A stretch of DNA of 53,828 nt from Desulfomonilia bacterium (GCA_049975365.1 JBNGDS010000006.1:3199-57026); one strand, 5' to 3'. Positions 20,615 through 29,163 are shown, counted from the stretch's first letter. Numbers and translations: made by a program. Notes: generated from the letters alone by a model not told the origin.

Positions 20615-20634
20615 AACCCCTGTAACCAGGGGTT
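20615..20634. repeat. intercistronic 8-bp stem-loop just upstream of the SBP2 RBS
   Basis: AACCCCTG-taac-CAGGGGTT. Confidence 0.55.
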
Positions 20635-20668
20635 TGCATTGAAAAACCTTTTTTTCCGGCACAGGAAA

Positions 20669-21862
20669 TTATTTTTTCCATGTCGCCAAGTCATTCGGTG
20701 TCCAGTCTTGGAGCAGGATGGCGGTGCCACCAGGGCCGCACTTCTGAATCTGGATTGAATCTGTTCCCTGATGCTGATCTGCACTCCAGGAAATTTTTGG
20801 TCCGATCCCCTGGAAGTCTTGAATTGAATTGAGCGCATCGAGGCATGACTGGGTCGTCAGGTTCGGGCCAACCCGTTTCAGCGCCTCAACCAGTGGTTCT
20901 GCAAAGGCGATACCTGCCAGGTAGAAGGTTCCCCATCGCTCTTCGGGAGCAAGACGCTTGGCTGCCTCTCGGTACCTCACCATCAGTGGATTGTCAGAAT
21001 CGGGGGGCAGAGCAAAGGCGCCGGTGATCACCCCTTCCCACAGGCCACCCGTGATGGTGTTCATGAGGGCATAGTCCGACAGGGTGTTTGAAGACACCCA
21101 CTGGGGAGCGAAACCAATGGTGGCGCTGGTCTTGAGAGCTATGGTGGCGGTAGTTGGATTTACCCACATGATCACCACCTCAGCGCCGGAGTTCTTGAGC
21201 CTGAGCATCTGGGAGGAAAGATCTTTTTCCCCGGGTTCTACGGGGATCTCCTCTACGAGGCTCATGGTGTAGGCTGCCAGCCGTTTCTTCGCTCCTTCTA
21301 ACCCGCTCTTGCCGTATTGATCGTTTTGATAGAAGAAGCCGATCTTGGTTGCCTTCAGGGTCTCCACGATGTACTTGGTGAGGATGCTTGCTTCGTCATC
21401 ATAGAGCGGATACATCGCGAAGAGGTAGGGGTTGACCGGAAACACGTATTCATTCAGTGCGGTCGCCGGTGAGACCCAGATCACTGTGTTCTGGGCAAGG
21501 TAGTCTTTCACGGCCATGCCGCCTGCACCCGACACACCACCCACGAACGCGAAAATCCCCCTGCGCTCAACGAGTTCCTTGACCACAGCCACTGTCTGGG
21601 CAGGATTGTACTGGTCATCCCTGACAAAGTACTTGATCTTTCTGCCATGGATGCCACCCTCTTCATTGACGAGCTGGAACAGGATGTCGCTCCCCCGTGC
21701 CACAGAACCCCACGGAGCGGCAGGACCGGTCTGGGGGCCCCACTGGGCGATCCTGATCTCGTTCTTGTCGACCCCGGGGCTATCAGCATGTGCCGCAAGG
21801 GGCAGTAGAAAAGCTGCGACCACAGCAAGTATCACATACCCTCGAATCTCTACTCTCTTCAT
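20669..21862 (-). CDS. ABC transporter substrate-binding protein, paralog 3
   Basis: Signal peptide ..AAHA-D; same motifs; RBS AAGGAGG. Confidence 0.92.
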   Translation of the reverse strand: MKRVEIRGYVILAVVAAFLLPLAAHADSPGVDKNEIRIAQWGPQTGPAAPWGSVARGSDILFQLVNEEGGIHGRKIKYFVRDDQYNPAQTVAVVKELVERRGIFAFVGGVSGAGGMAVKDYLAQNTVIWVSPATALNEYVFPVNPYLFAMYPLYDDEASILTKYIVETLKATKIGFFYQNDQYGKSGLEGAKKRLAAYTMSLVEEIPVEPGEKDLSSQMLRLKNSGAEVVIMWVNPTTATIALKTSATIGFAPQWVSSNTLSDYALMNTITGGLWEGVITGAFALPPDSDNPLMVRYREAAKRLAPEERWGTFYLAGIAFAEPLVEALKRVGPNLTTQSCLDALNSIQDFQGIGPKISWSADQHQGTDSIQIQKCGPGGTAILLQDWTPNDLATWKK

Positions 21863-21886
21863 TCTTCCCTCCTTCGTTACGGCTGC

Positions 21887-21895
21887 ATTATAGCA
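21887..21895 (-). promoter_or_regulatory. candidate internal extended -10 promoter ahead of the SBP genes
   Basis: Perfect TG-C-TATAAT on the minus strand, 24 nt upstream of the SBP3 ATG; poor -35. Confidence 0.5.
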
Positions 21896-21946
21896 GCGCG
21901 ATGTAGTTCATCCGTGTGCATCCCCGTGCTGAAGAGGGTGTACTAT

Positions 21947-22423
21947 CTATCCTTTCAGCCATGTCCCTCCCTCTCTCAGGAAGGTGAAGCAATAGTTGTA
22001 CAATGCACGTGCGTTCGTGTCAGTGAACAGGAGCGTGATATCCACTTCGGCCTGGACAAAGCGATCGACCGCTGGATAAGCCTCAGGGTCGTGGTTTGGT
22101 CTCAGGCCGTAGATGTCGACTACCTTGTATTCAACGATCTTGACCGGAGTCGATTGCATTTCAGCGAGGAAATCCTCGTACGTATGCGTTCTGCGGTAGT
22201 GCGAGGAAGGGGCGAGGCACTGGTAGAGTTTCTCGTAATCCTCGCTCATTTCGGCGGCAAAGTAGTCCTGTATGGCAGCCTCGATGCGTGGGCGCTCGAA
22301 GACCATCTCGATGGTCCTGACAGGAGTGTCGAAGAACAAGACCCCGGATACCAGGATGATCACGGTGATACCTAGTGCCCCCAGTATCACAGCGATGCGT
22401 CTGTTCCTGCCACCATCACCCAT
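21947..22423 (-). CDS. hypothetical membrane-anchored protein, possible NTF2-like fold
   Basis: Start MGDGGRNRR 2 nt after the livH stop; one N-terminal TM; DYEKLYQCLAP.. and terminal FLREGGTW resemble the NTF2/SnoaL-like pattern. Confidence 0.75.
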   Translation of the reverse strand: MGDGGRNRRIAVILGALGITVIILVSGVLFFDTPVRTIEMVFERPRIEAAIQDYFAAEMSEDYEKLYQCLAPSSHYRRTHTYEDFLAEMQSTPVKIVEYKVVDIYGLRPNHDPEAYPAVDRFVQAEVDITLLFTDTNARALYNYCFTFLREGGTWLKG

Positions 22424-22425
22424 TG

Positions 22426-23298
22426 CTACACCTTTTTCACATAGTGCTTGGCAAAGAGCCCGCTCGGTTTGAGGGTAAGGACAAGGATAATGACCACGAA
22501 TGCAACGATAGGCTTCCAGTGGGGCCAGGCATAGCCAAAGAAATTCTCGATCAGACCGAGAGAAAGACCACCGAGGACAACGCCTGGAATGCTGGTGAGT
22601 CCTCCGAGGACCGCTGCTGCAAAGGCCCGGAGGAAGGGTTCCATCATGTACGTCGGGTCGAGTACAGACCGGGCGGCGAAAAACATGGCGGCCACGGCGC
22701 CTATGACAGAGCTCAATGCCCAGGTGAAGGAGAAAACTCTTTCCACCTTTATGCCCATGATCTTCGCTGCGTTCTGATTCTGCTGGGTTGCCCGCATGGC
22801 GATGCCGAGATTGGAGTATCGGAAAAACAGGTAGAGGAGCACCATGATCAAGGCTGTCAGAATAAAGACTCCCATGGTCCACTCGTTGAGCTTCAGGCCC
22901 GGCAGGATCTCGTGAGTATCTCGTACCGTCAGGGGAAAGGCGAAATCTTTCTGCTCTGCTCCCCATTTCCATCCCGCAAGGCTCATGAGCATCATTTCTG
23001 CTCCGAGCGTGATGATGATGAGGCCGAGCACGGTGGGATCCTTTGCAGGCCGGAGTAAAAAGAACTCGATACACATACCCAAGAGGATTGCGAAGATCAT
23101 GGTTATGATGAAGGCGAGCCAGAAGGGGAGTTGATACTGGATCAGAATGTGATAGGCGATGAACGTGGAGATCATGCCCATCTCGCCCTGGCCGAAGTTG
23201 ACTACCTCGGAGGTTTTGTAAATGATCGCAACGGCCACGCCGAAGAGGCCGTAGCAGGCACCGATCGCCATTCCCTCGATGATGAGTTGTCCAATCAT
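22426..23298 (-). CDS. livH: branched-chain amino acid-type ABC permease (LivH-like)
   Basis: VVNFGQG, GIAMRA, AAVLGGL; multiple TM. Confidence 0.92.
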   Translation of the reverse strand: MIGQLIIEGMAIGACYGLFGVAVAIIYKTSEVVNFGQGEMGMISTFIAYHILIQYQLPFWLAFIITMIFAILLGMCIEFFLLRPAKDPTVLGLIIITLGAEMMLMSLAGWKWGAEQKDFAFPLTVRDTHEILPGLKLNEWTMGVFILTALIMVLLYLFFRYSNLGIAMRATQQNQNAAKIMGIKVERVFSFTWALSSVIGAVAAMFFAARSVLDPTYMMEPFLRAFAAAVLGGLTSIPGVVLGGLSLGLIENFFGYAWPHWKPIVAFVVIILVLTLKPSGLFAKHYVKKV

Positions 23299-23326
23299 GT
23301 CTTCTCCATAGCCCTGTCAGCTGCCA

Positions 23327-24397
23327 TCAGAATGGCCAGGTCTTCCAGTATTTCTTGATCCGGATCCAGATGCCGAACATGCCCAGAGGCTCGAAAATCA
23401 CGATGAGCACCATGATGAGCCCCAGCACGAAACCCCCGATATTGTCCATGCCTATGACAGTGAACCACTTCCTGGAAAAGGAGACGAGAAGATCGCCCAG
23501 GTAGGGAAGTTCACCCATGTTCTTCAGGAGATCGAACTGCAGGTAGGTGATGAGCACCGCACCCATGACAGCGCCGAGGATGCTGCCCAGGCCACCTACG
23601 ACAACCATGACAAGAAAGACGATGGACAGGATGAGATTGAAGGTGAAGGGGTCGAAGAATCTCACCACAAATGCGAAAAGGCCTCCTGCCACACCGGCAT
23701 AGAAGGCACTGACAGCAAAGGAAAGCGTCTTGAAGATTGTGAGGTTGACCCCCATGACCTCCGCGGCGATATCGTCATCCCGTATTGCCACAAAGGCTCG
23801 TCCGATACGAGTCTTCATGAGATTCTTCCCCCCTATCACCATAAGGATCGTGATGGCGAGGATCAGGTAGTATAACTTCATATCCGTGTTCAGCACCAGA
23901 CTCATCCCAAGCTGAGGGATGCCCATTTCCAGGGGAGGTGCATGAATTCCCATGCGTCCCCCGAAGACTTCCCACGTGCCGATGATGTGCATGATCGTCA
24001 GCCCGAATCCCAGTGTGGCAATGGCAAGGTATGGACCTTCCAGTCTGAGGGCGGGCAAGCCGATGATGAAGCCGAACAATGCGGCAATGAGACCTGCGAT
24101 GATCACGGCCAGGAGAAACGGCATGGGCAGATGGGTCATGAGCAGGGCGGTTCCGTATGCCCCTATGGCAAAAAACCCCGCATGCCCCAGGGATATCTGA
24201 CCAGTGTACCCGACAAGGATGTTCAACCCAACGGCCAGGATCACGTGAACCAGGATCACGTTGCTCAGGTAGATGTAGTAGTTACCCACAAGAAAAGGCA
24301 GGACAAAGAGAAAGATGAGGAAGGCCACAGACCATGCGAGCACGGTGTTGCTGCTGAAAATCTCGATGTCTTCATAGTAATCACGTTTCATGTCCAT
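23327..24397 (-). CDS. livM: branched-chain amino acid-type ABC permease (LivM-like)
   Basis: GYTGQISLGHAGF, LRLEGPYLAIATL, GRAFVAIRDD, VVGGLG. Confidence 0.92.
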   Translation of the reverse strand: MDMKRDYYEDIEIFSSNTVLAWSVAFLIFLFVLPFLVGNYYIYLSNVILVHVILAVGLNILVGYTGQISLGHAGFFAIGAYGTALLMTHLPMPFLLAVIIAGLIAALFGFIIGLPALRLEGPYLAIATLGFGLTIMHIIGTWEVFGGRMGIHAPPLEMGIPQLGMSLVLNTDMKLYYLILAITILMVIGGKNLMKTRIGRAFVAIRDDDIAAEVMGVNLTIFKTLSFAVSAFYAGVAGGLFAFVVRFFDPFTFNLILSIVFLVMVVVGGLGSILGAVMGAVLITYLQFDLLKNMGELPYLGDLLVSFSRKWFTVIGMDNIGGFVLGLIMVLIVIFEPLGMFGIWIRIKKYWKTWPF

Positions 24398-24568
24398 GAA
24401 AGCACCCCGCTCAAGATATCATAGAATTCTTATGCGCCACATGTACCCAGATGGCCGTGTGAAGGAAGAACAGGGCAGTGCACCACGGGACGAATACGAA
24501 TGAACCCTGTCTGGATGGTGAGATTTCCCTCATAGATGGATAGGCCATTCCAGAAAAACACACAGCAT

Positions 24569-24596
24569 ATTTTATGACATTATGACAAGTTGTCAA
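24569..24596 (-). promoter_or_regulatory. candidate sigma70 promoter of the ABC/ligase operon, overlapped by operator-like repeats
   Basis: Minus strand TTGACA-N16-TAAAAT; overlaps tandem TTATGACA x2 and palindrome TGACAA-G-TTGTCA. Confidence 0.6.
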
Positions 24597-24769
24597 GGAA
24601 AATCGGCTTGGATTCAATTGGTTAGATGAGCAACTGTTCTCTTCGATAATTAAGATTAAATTGAACTCAGCCTTCATGGACTGTAATAGATACAGAAAAT
24701 TAAAAGAGGAAAATCATAGTGATAAATAGGAAGGTGACTCACATGCACCAGAAAGAGTGAGGTCTTCTC

Positions 24770-24997
24770 TTACCAGGCCCAGGAGACAGTAGCCAGGAGA
24801 ATGAACACAACAACGAGGGCATTCGTGAGGAGAAGAGGTTTCTTGTACACATATCCATTCTTGTGCGCCATGGTGCAGATCAGAAAGATGAAGGACCCGG
24901 GGACGAAGCAGAGAGAAAAGATGAGGGCACAGAGCCGTACCAGCGGATTCTTCTTGAACCATGTGAGAGTTTCCTGTTTCTTCGGAATTGCCCCCAT
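24770..24997 (-). CDS. hypothetical small membrane protein (75 aa, 2 TM)
   Basis: GGGAGG RBS before MGAIPKKQ; two hydrophobic segments. Confidence 0.65.
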   Translation of the reverse strand: MGAIPKKQETLTWFKKNPLVRLCALIFSLCFVPGSFIFLICTMAHKNGYVYKKPLLLTNALVVVFILLATVSWAW

Positions 24998-25211
24998 GGT
25001 ATAACCTCCCCAATGCCGCAAGCCGTGATGTGCATAATTCAATCACTACATTCTGAACTACATGTACACGAAACTATCGAATATGTACAAGAAAAATCTC
25101 CACATGCTCAGAGGCATATATTCCCAGGGGCAACCGAGTGGGGAAACGGGTGTACATGAAACGATCCTGCTCCGGGTTTACACCTGATGCACGGTACCTG
25201 AATCTCCTGGA

Positions 25212-26501
25212 ATGGTAGACAGCACAGACTTTCTGAATCCCAGAATAACGAAGATGCTGTTCCTCCTCATACTCCTCGCACTTGGATCAGGGTGCGGGAG
25301 TGAGAACGGCGCCGCGGATATGCGGGATCCCTCTGCGTGGACGGTCATGGTGTACATGGCAGGTGATAACGATATTTCTGATGCCGCCTTTGCTGACATC
25401 AATGAGATGGAGCAGGTTGGATCCAGCAGCGATGTCAGGGTTGTCGCTCAGGTGGAATTCGATCCCGACAGTCCTCCCTTCCCGCCCGGGAACACGCTGC
25501 GCGGCATGATCATCAAGGACAGCGACCCAGCCGTTCTCGGCAGCGATCTCACCGACATCGGGAACAAGGACATGACCGATCCGCAGACACTCACCGAGTT
25601 CATCACCTGGGCTGCCTGGAAATACCCGGCCGAACACTATCTGCTTCTCCTCTGGGGCCATGGATCCGGGTGGAAATCTTCTCCTTCCTCTTCGCTTGTA
25701 TCCAAAGGCATGTTCACGGACCAGACATCTTCAGGCACTGCACACCTCATGGCCATCAGTGAACTGGCAGAAGCAGTTCATGACAGCACGGTGGTTTTCG
25801 ATCTCATCAACCTCGATTCCTGCCTCATGGGCATGTATGAGGTTGCCCATGCATTCAAGGACATCTCACAGTACCTGACTGTCTCCGAAGGACTGTACCC
25901 CATAGACGGGGATCCATATGCAGAGATCCTGGAGAGCCTCAGGAAGAATCCTCAGATGAATGGCTGCGGTCTCGCAGACATAATTCTTGACGCCTGCAGA
26001 GAATTTTATGAACCCCGGGGAATACGATTCACGAAGTCTGCAATCGATCTCTCTCGAGTGCATGAACTGAGAACCGCTCTATCGCAGCTCGTAGACGTAC
26101 TGCTTCTTGATTTCGACACGCATGTGCCCACCATCCTTGATGCGCGTGAGAGCTCAGTGAGTTTCACATACACGACAGACCAGTATGCAAGCCACGACCT
26201 GGGAGATTTCCTCGACAGGCTGGATGAGAGGACCGATGATGGGGAGGTTTCGGGTGCCATTCATTTCCTCAGACATGAGCTCGATGCGTGTGTGTCCGCC
26301 AACGAGGTGTTCACACCTCTCGACGGAGATCCCGTACTCCGTTCCCAGGGGCTCTCGATCTATCTTCCGGCCTCCACGCAGGTAAGTTCCACTGAGCTGA
26401 GCCGGTATTCTGAACTCCCCTGCAACCAGGGAGAAGAGGCGAACTGGGCGGATCTCGTCAGCCTTCTCATGGTCACCGAAAACGGTGTTGCCCTGCAGTA
26501 A
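25212..26501 (+). CDS. clostripain-family (C11) cysteine peptidase, probable lipoprotein
   Basis: WTVMVYMAGDND, LWGHGSGW (His), DSCLM (Cys), GLSIYLP; lipobox-like LGSG-C (true start may be 25254). Confidence 0.88.
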   Translation: MVDSTDFLNPRITKMLFLLILLALGSGCGSENGAADMRDPSAWTVMVYMAGDNDISDAAFADINEMEQVGSSSDVRVVAQVEFDPDSPPFPPGNTLRGMIIKDSDPAVLGSDLTDIGNKDMTDPQTLTEFITWAAWKYPAEHYLLLLWGHGSGWKSSPSSSLVSKGMFTDQTSSGTAHLMAISELAEAVHDSTVVFDLINLDSCLMGMYEVAHAFKDISQYLTVSEGLYPIDGDPYAEILESLRKNPQMNGCGLADIILDACREFYEPRGIRFTKSAIDLSRVHELRTALSQLVDVLLLDFDTHVPTILDARESSVSFTYTTDQYASHDLGDFLDRLDERTDDGEVSGAIHFLRHELDACVSANEVFTPLDGDPVLRSQGLSIYLPASTQVSSTELSRYSELPCNQGEEANWADLVSLLMVTENGVALQ

Positions 26502-26549
26502 AGAAAGAGGTTTCCGTGACACAGAACACCCCACGGGGAATGATCTGAG

Positions 26550-27179
26550 ATGGAGCCGCTCTCGCTGGCTCTCCTGTCCGGAGTCGTTCTCGGGCTTTCA
26601 GCTGGTCTCGCACCGGGACCCCTGCTTACCCTCGTGATTGTGGAAACCGTCAGGCACGGCACACGGGCGGGCATCAAGGTTTCGTTCTCCCCCCTGGTGA
26701 CCGATGTGCCCATCGTGTGTGCGAGCATATTCATCATATCGCGGATTTCTGAATTCATGTTCGCCCTCGGCATTGTATCTCTGTTCGGTGCGGTGTTTGT
26801 GGCATATCTTGGTGTCGAATCCCTGAGGGTCAGTGGCATAGATATGCATGAAGACAGGGCCACGGAACATTCCCTGATGAAGGGGGTGATCACCAACTTT
26901 CTCAATCCCCATCCCTACCTTTTCTGGATTTCCGTGGGGGCCCCCATGATCGTCGAAGGCTGGGGAAAGGATATCTTCTCGGCAGGTCTGTTCATGATCG
27001 CGTTCTACGTGCTGCTCGTCGGATCCAAGGTGATGCTCGCCCTCGGTGCAGGCCAGGCACGTGCCTTTCTCCTCGGAAGAGCCTACACGGTCTGCATGAA
27101 GATTTTAGGGGGTCTCCTGGTGATCTGTGCACTGCTCCTCGCTCGTGAGGCGTTGTGTCTGTTGAAGATTCTCCAGTGA
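26550..27179 (+). CDS. LysE family transporter
   Basis: GLAPGP, NFLNPHPYLFW; about 6 TM. Confidence 0.9.
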   Translation: MEPLSLALLSGVVLGLSAGLAPGPLLTLVIVETVRHGTRAGIKVSFSPLVTDVPIVCASIFIISRISEFMFALGIVSLFGAVFVAYLGVESLRVSGIDMHEDRATEHSLMKGVITNFLNPHPYLFWISVGAPMIVEGWGKDIFSAGLFMIAFYVLLVGSKVMLALGAGQARAFLLGRAYTVCMKILGGLLVICALLLAREALCLLKILQ

Positions 27180-27199
27180 AGCCACACAGGGAAAAGGAC

Positions 27200-27234
27200 A
27201 AAAAAAATGCCAAGAAGCACGATGCTGCCTGGCA
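27200..27234 (-). terminator. Rho-independent terminator
   Basis: RNA UGCCAGGCAGCA-UCG-UGCUUCUUGGCA followed by U8. Confidence 0.85.
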
Positions 27235-27264
27235 GTTATGAAGAGAGTATTGTGGTCTTTCTAC
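27200..27264 (-). ncRNA. candidate ~65-nt small RNA (unverified)
   Basis: Bounded by a sigma28-like promoter and an intrinsic terminator; no ORF; pyrimidine-rich single-stranded segment. Confidence 0.4.
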
Positions 27265-27270
27265 TGTTTT

Positions 27271-27297
27271 CTATCGGTATGCAGCCGCAGGACTTGA
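27271..27297 (-). promoter_or_regulatory. sigma28 (FliA)-like promoter
   Basis: TCAA-N15-ACCGATAG versus consensus TAAA-N15-GCCGATAA; CCGATA core intact; T-tract upstream. Confidence 0.5.
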
Positions 27298-27453
27298 GAA
27301 AAAAATTCAGGGATTCAGGGTTTCCAGAATCCCCGGTGTGGTGAACTCTAAAAAGCAGCACATCTTTGAGGTGCCAAGGACAGTTCCCCTATCGTGCAGG
27401 CACAGTGCCGGAAGGCCGGGAGACCTCTCTTTGAGAACGTCTCGTGCTGATCT

Positions 27454-29019
27454 CTATACCGTGCACTTCACGGAGTAGACATCGCCGAAGAGGCTTTCAC
27501 GGTCGAGCTGTACCGCCTGACTGGTGAATTCAAGGATGTCCTGGGCAGTCATCCCGTCCTCACCCACGTTCGCGGATGCGAGATCTCCCGCTGCACCGTG
27601 AATGAACACACCTTTCCGTGTCGCATCTTCCAGCGTAAGCCCCAGACAGAACATGGCTGCGATCGTGCCGGTGAGCACATCCCCGCTTCCTGCGGTAGCC
27701 ATACCGGAATTCCCGGTCATGTTGATGAAGATCCTTCCATCCGGCACGCCTATCAGGGAGTGGGCACCTTTGAGCACGATAAGGGAATTGAGTATCCGTG
27801 AGGTTTCCCTGAGAACACCTATCTTGTCGGCATGGATCTCGGAAACAGATCTTTGTGTGATCCGACTCATCTCACCAAGGTGAGGAGTGAGGATGGTGCC
27901 TGCGTTTCTCTTTTTCAGTACACCGAGATTCTGTGTAATCGCGGTAATTCCATCGCCATCGATGAGGAGCGGTGTGTGAATCTTCTCTGCAAGGTCCACG
28001 ACAAGGCGTGAGGTCTCATCGTTCAGCGAAAGCCCGGGACCTATGACAACGATATCCATTTTTTCCGCGATCTCCAGGAGTGAACCCGTGTTCGCCAGTG
28101 AGATGCTCCCGTCGGCTGTCTCATCCTGGGGGATGAACACGATCTCGCTTCCCTTGGATGCGATGAAGGGAACGATTGACCGGGGGGCTGCCAGGCGGGA
28201 ATATCCCCCTCCTGCCCTCAGGAAGGACAGGGCGGCGAAATACGGAGCCCCGAAATAACCGGCTGCACCGGCGATGAAAAGGGCCTCACCGAAGTCTCCC
28301 TTGTGCCCGGATGGAGAACGTGGCGGGAGTTTTGGGGGTGTGTTCACCTCGATTTTCAGATCAGGAGACGCACACAGCGTTGGAGGAAACGAAATGTGGG
28401 ACACATACAGGGAGCCGCAGTGTTCATACCCCGGGTAGAGAAGATTTCCGACTTTTGGAAGACCAAAGGTGACCGTGAAGTCGGCACGTACTGCAGCCCC
28501 CATCACGGTTCCGGTGTCGCCGTTGATCCCGGATGGGATGTCCAGGCTCAGGACCGGTTTCCCGCTTCTCGAGATCAGATCGATGATATCACGGTGGATG
28601 CCCTCGACGTTTCGCGTCAGGCCAGTCCCGAAGATCGCGTCGATGATCAGATCGCATTCGTCTATCTTCCCCCTCAGCGACCGGAGTGTCTTGACCTCCC
28701 TGATGGGAATTGGCATTCTGGATATCATGGCAAGATTGGATGCCGCTGAACCCGTGTATTTATTCCTGTCTCCGATGATGCATACCTCTACGGAGCCGCC
28801 TTCAGAATGGATCTTCCGTGCAACGACGAAACCATCACCCCCGTTGTTTCCGATCCCGCAGAACACGAGGAATTTCGAGGAACTGACATCGAATTCCTGC
28901 TTGATGACGGAAAAGGAAGCAATCCCTGCATTCTCCATGAGGAGCGGCGCTGAAATTCCGTACGTGTGTATTGCTTGAGCGTCCATTTCCCTCATTTCGG
29001 ATACGGTAGAGACTTTCAT
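27454..29019 (-). CDS. nnr: bifunctional NAD(P)H-hydrate epimerase/dehydratase
   Basis: LMENAG, GNNGGDG, DAIFGTG, DIPSG, HKGDFG, LTPHLGEM, LKGA, ATAGSGDVL. Confidence 0.95.
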   Translation of the reverse strand: MKVSTVSEMREMDAQAIHTYGISAPLLMENAGIASFSVIKQEFDVSSSKFLVFCGIGNNGGDGFVVARKIHSEGGSVEVCIIGDRNKYTGSAASNLAMISRMPIPIREVKTLRSLRGKIDECDLIIDAIFGTGLTRNVEGIHRDIIDLISRSGKPVLSLDIPSGINGDTGTVMGAAVRADFTVTFGLPKVGNLLYPGYEHCGSLYVSHISFPPTLCASPDLKIEVNTPPKLPPRSPSGHKGDFGEALFIAGAAGYFGAPYFAALSFLRAGGGYSRLAAPRSIVPFIASKGSEIVFIPQDETADGSISLANTGSLLEIAEKMDIVVIGPGLSLNDETSRLVVDLAEKIHTPLLIDGDGITAITQNLGVLKKRNAGTILTPHLGEMSRITQRSVSEIHADKIGVLRETSRILNSLIVLKGAHSLIGVPDGRIFINMTGNSGMATAGSGDVLTGTIAAMFCLGLTLEDATRKGVFIHGAAGDLASANVGEDGMTAQDILEFTSQAVQLDRESLFGDVYSVKCTV

Positions 29020-29163
29020 CCGGATCACACCTCCCTGTCGAACATAAAATCTGAGTGCGCTCTCACCAGGTTTCCCGGCACAGGCTCAATTCTTCTCGTG
29101 CAGGGCTCCCCGTTCATAGTTTTTGAAAGACGGGTTCTTGTCAACATGAAAGATGGAATGGCC

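Noticed and set aside
20599-20838. 80-aa N-terminal extension of the SBP2 ORF, and similar extensions on HDAC, NUDIX and the hypotheticals
   Set aside because: Overlap neighbouring genes; better RBS-supported internal starts exist
19127-21660. Recurring ~20-nt sequences such as TTGATCTTTCTGCC at about 1.25-kb spacing
   Set aside because: Conserved coding motifs of the three SBP paralogs, not CRISPR or mobile repeats
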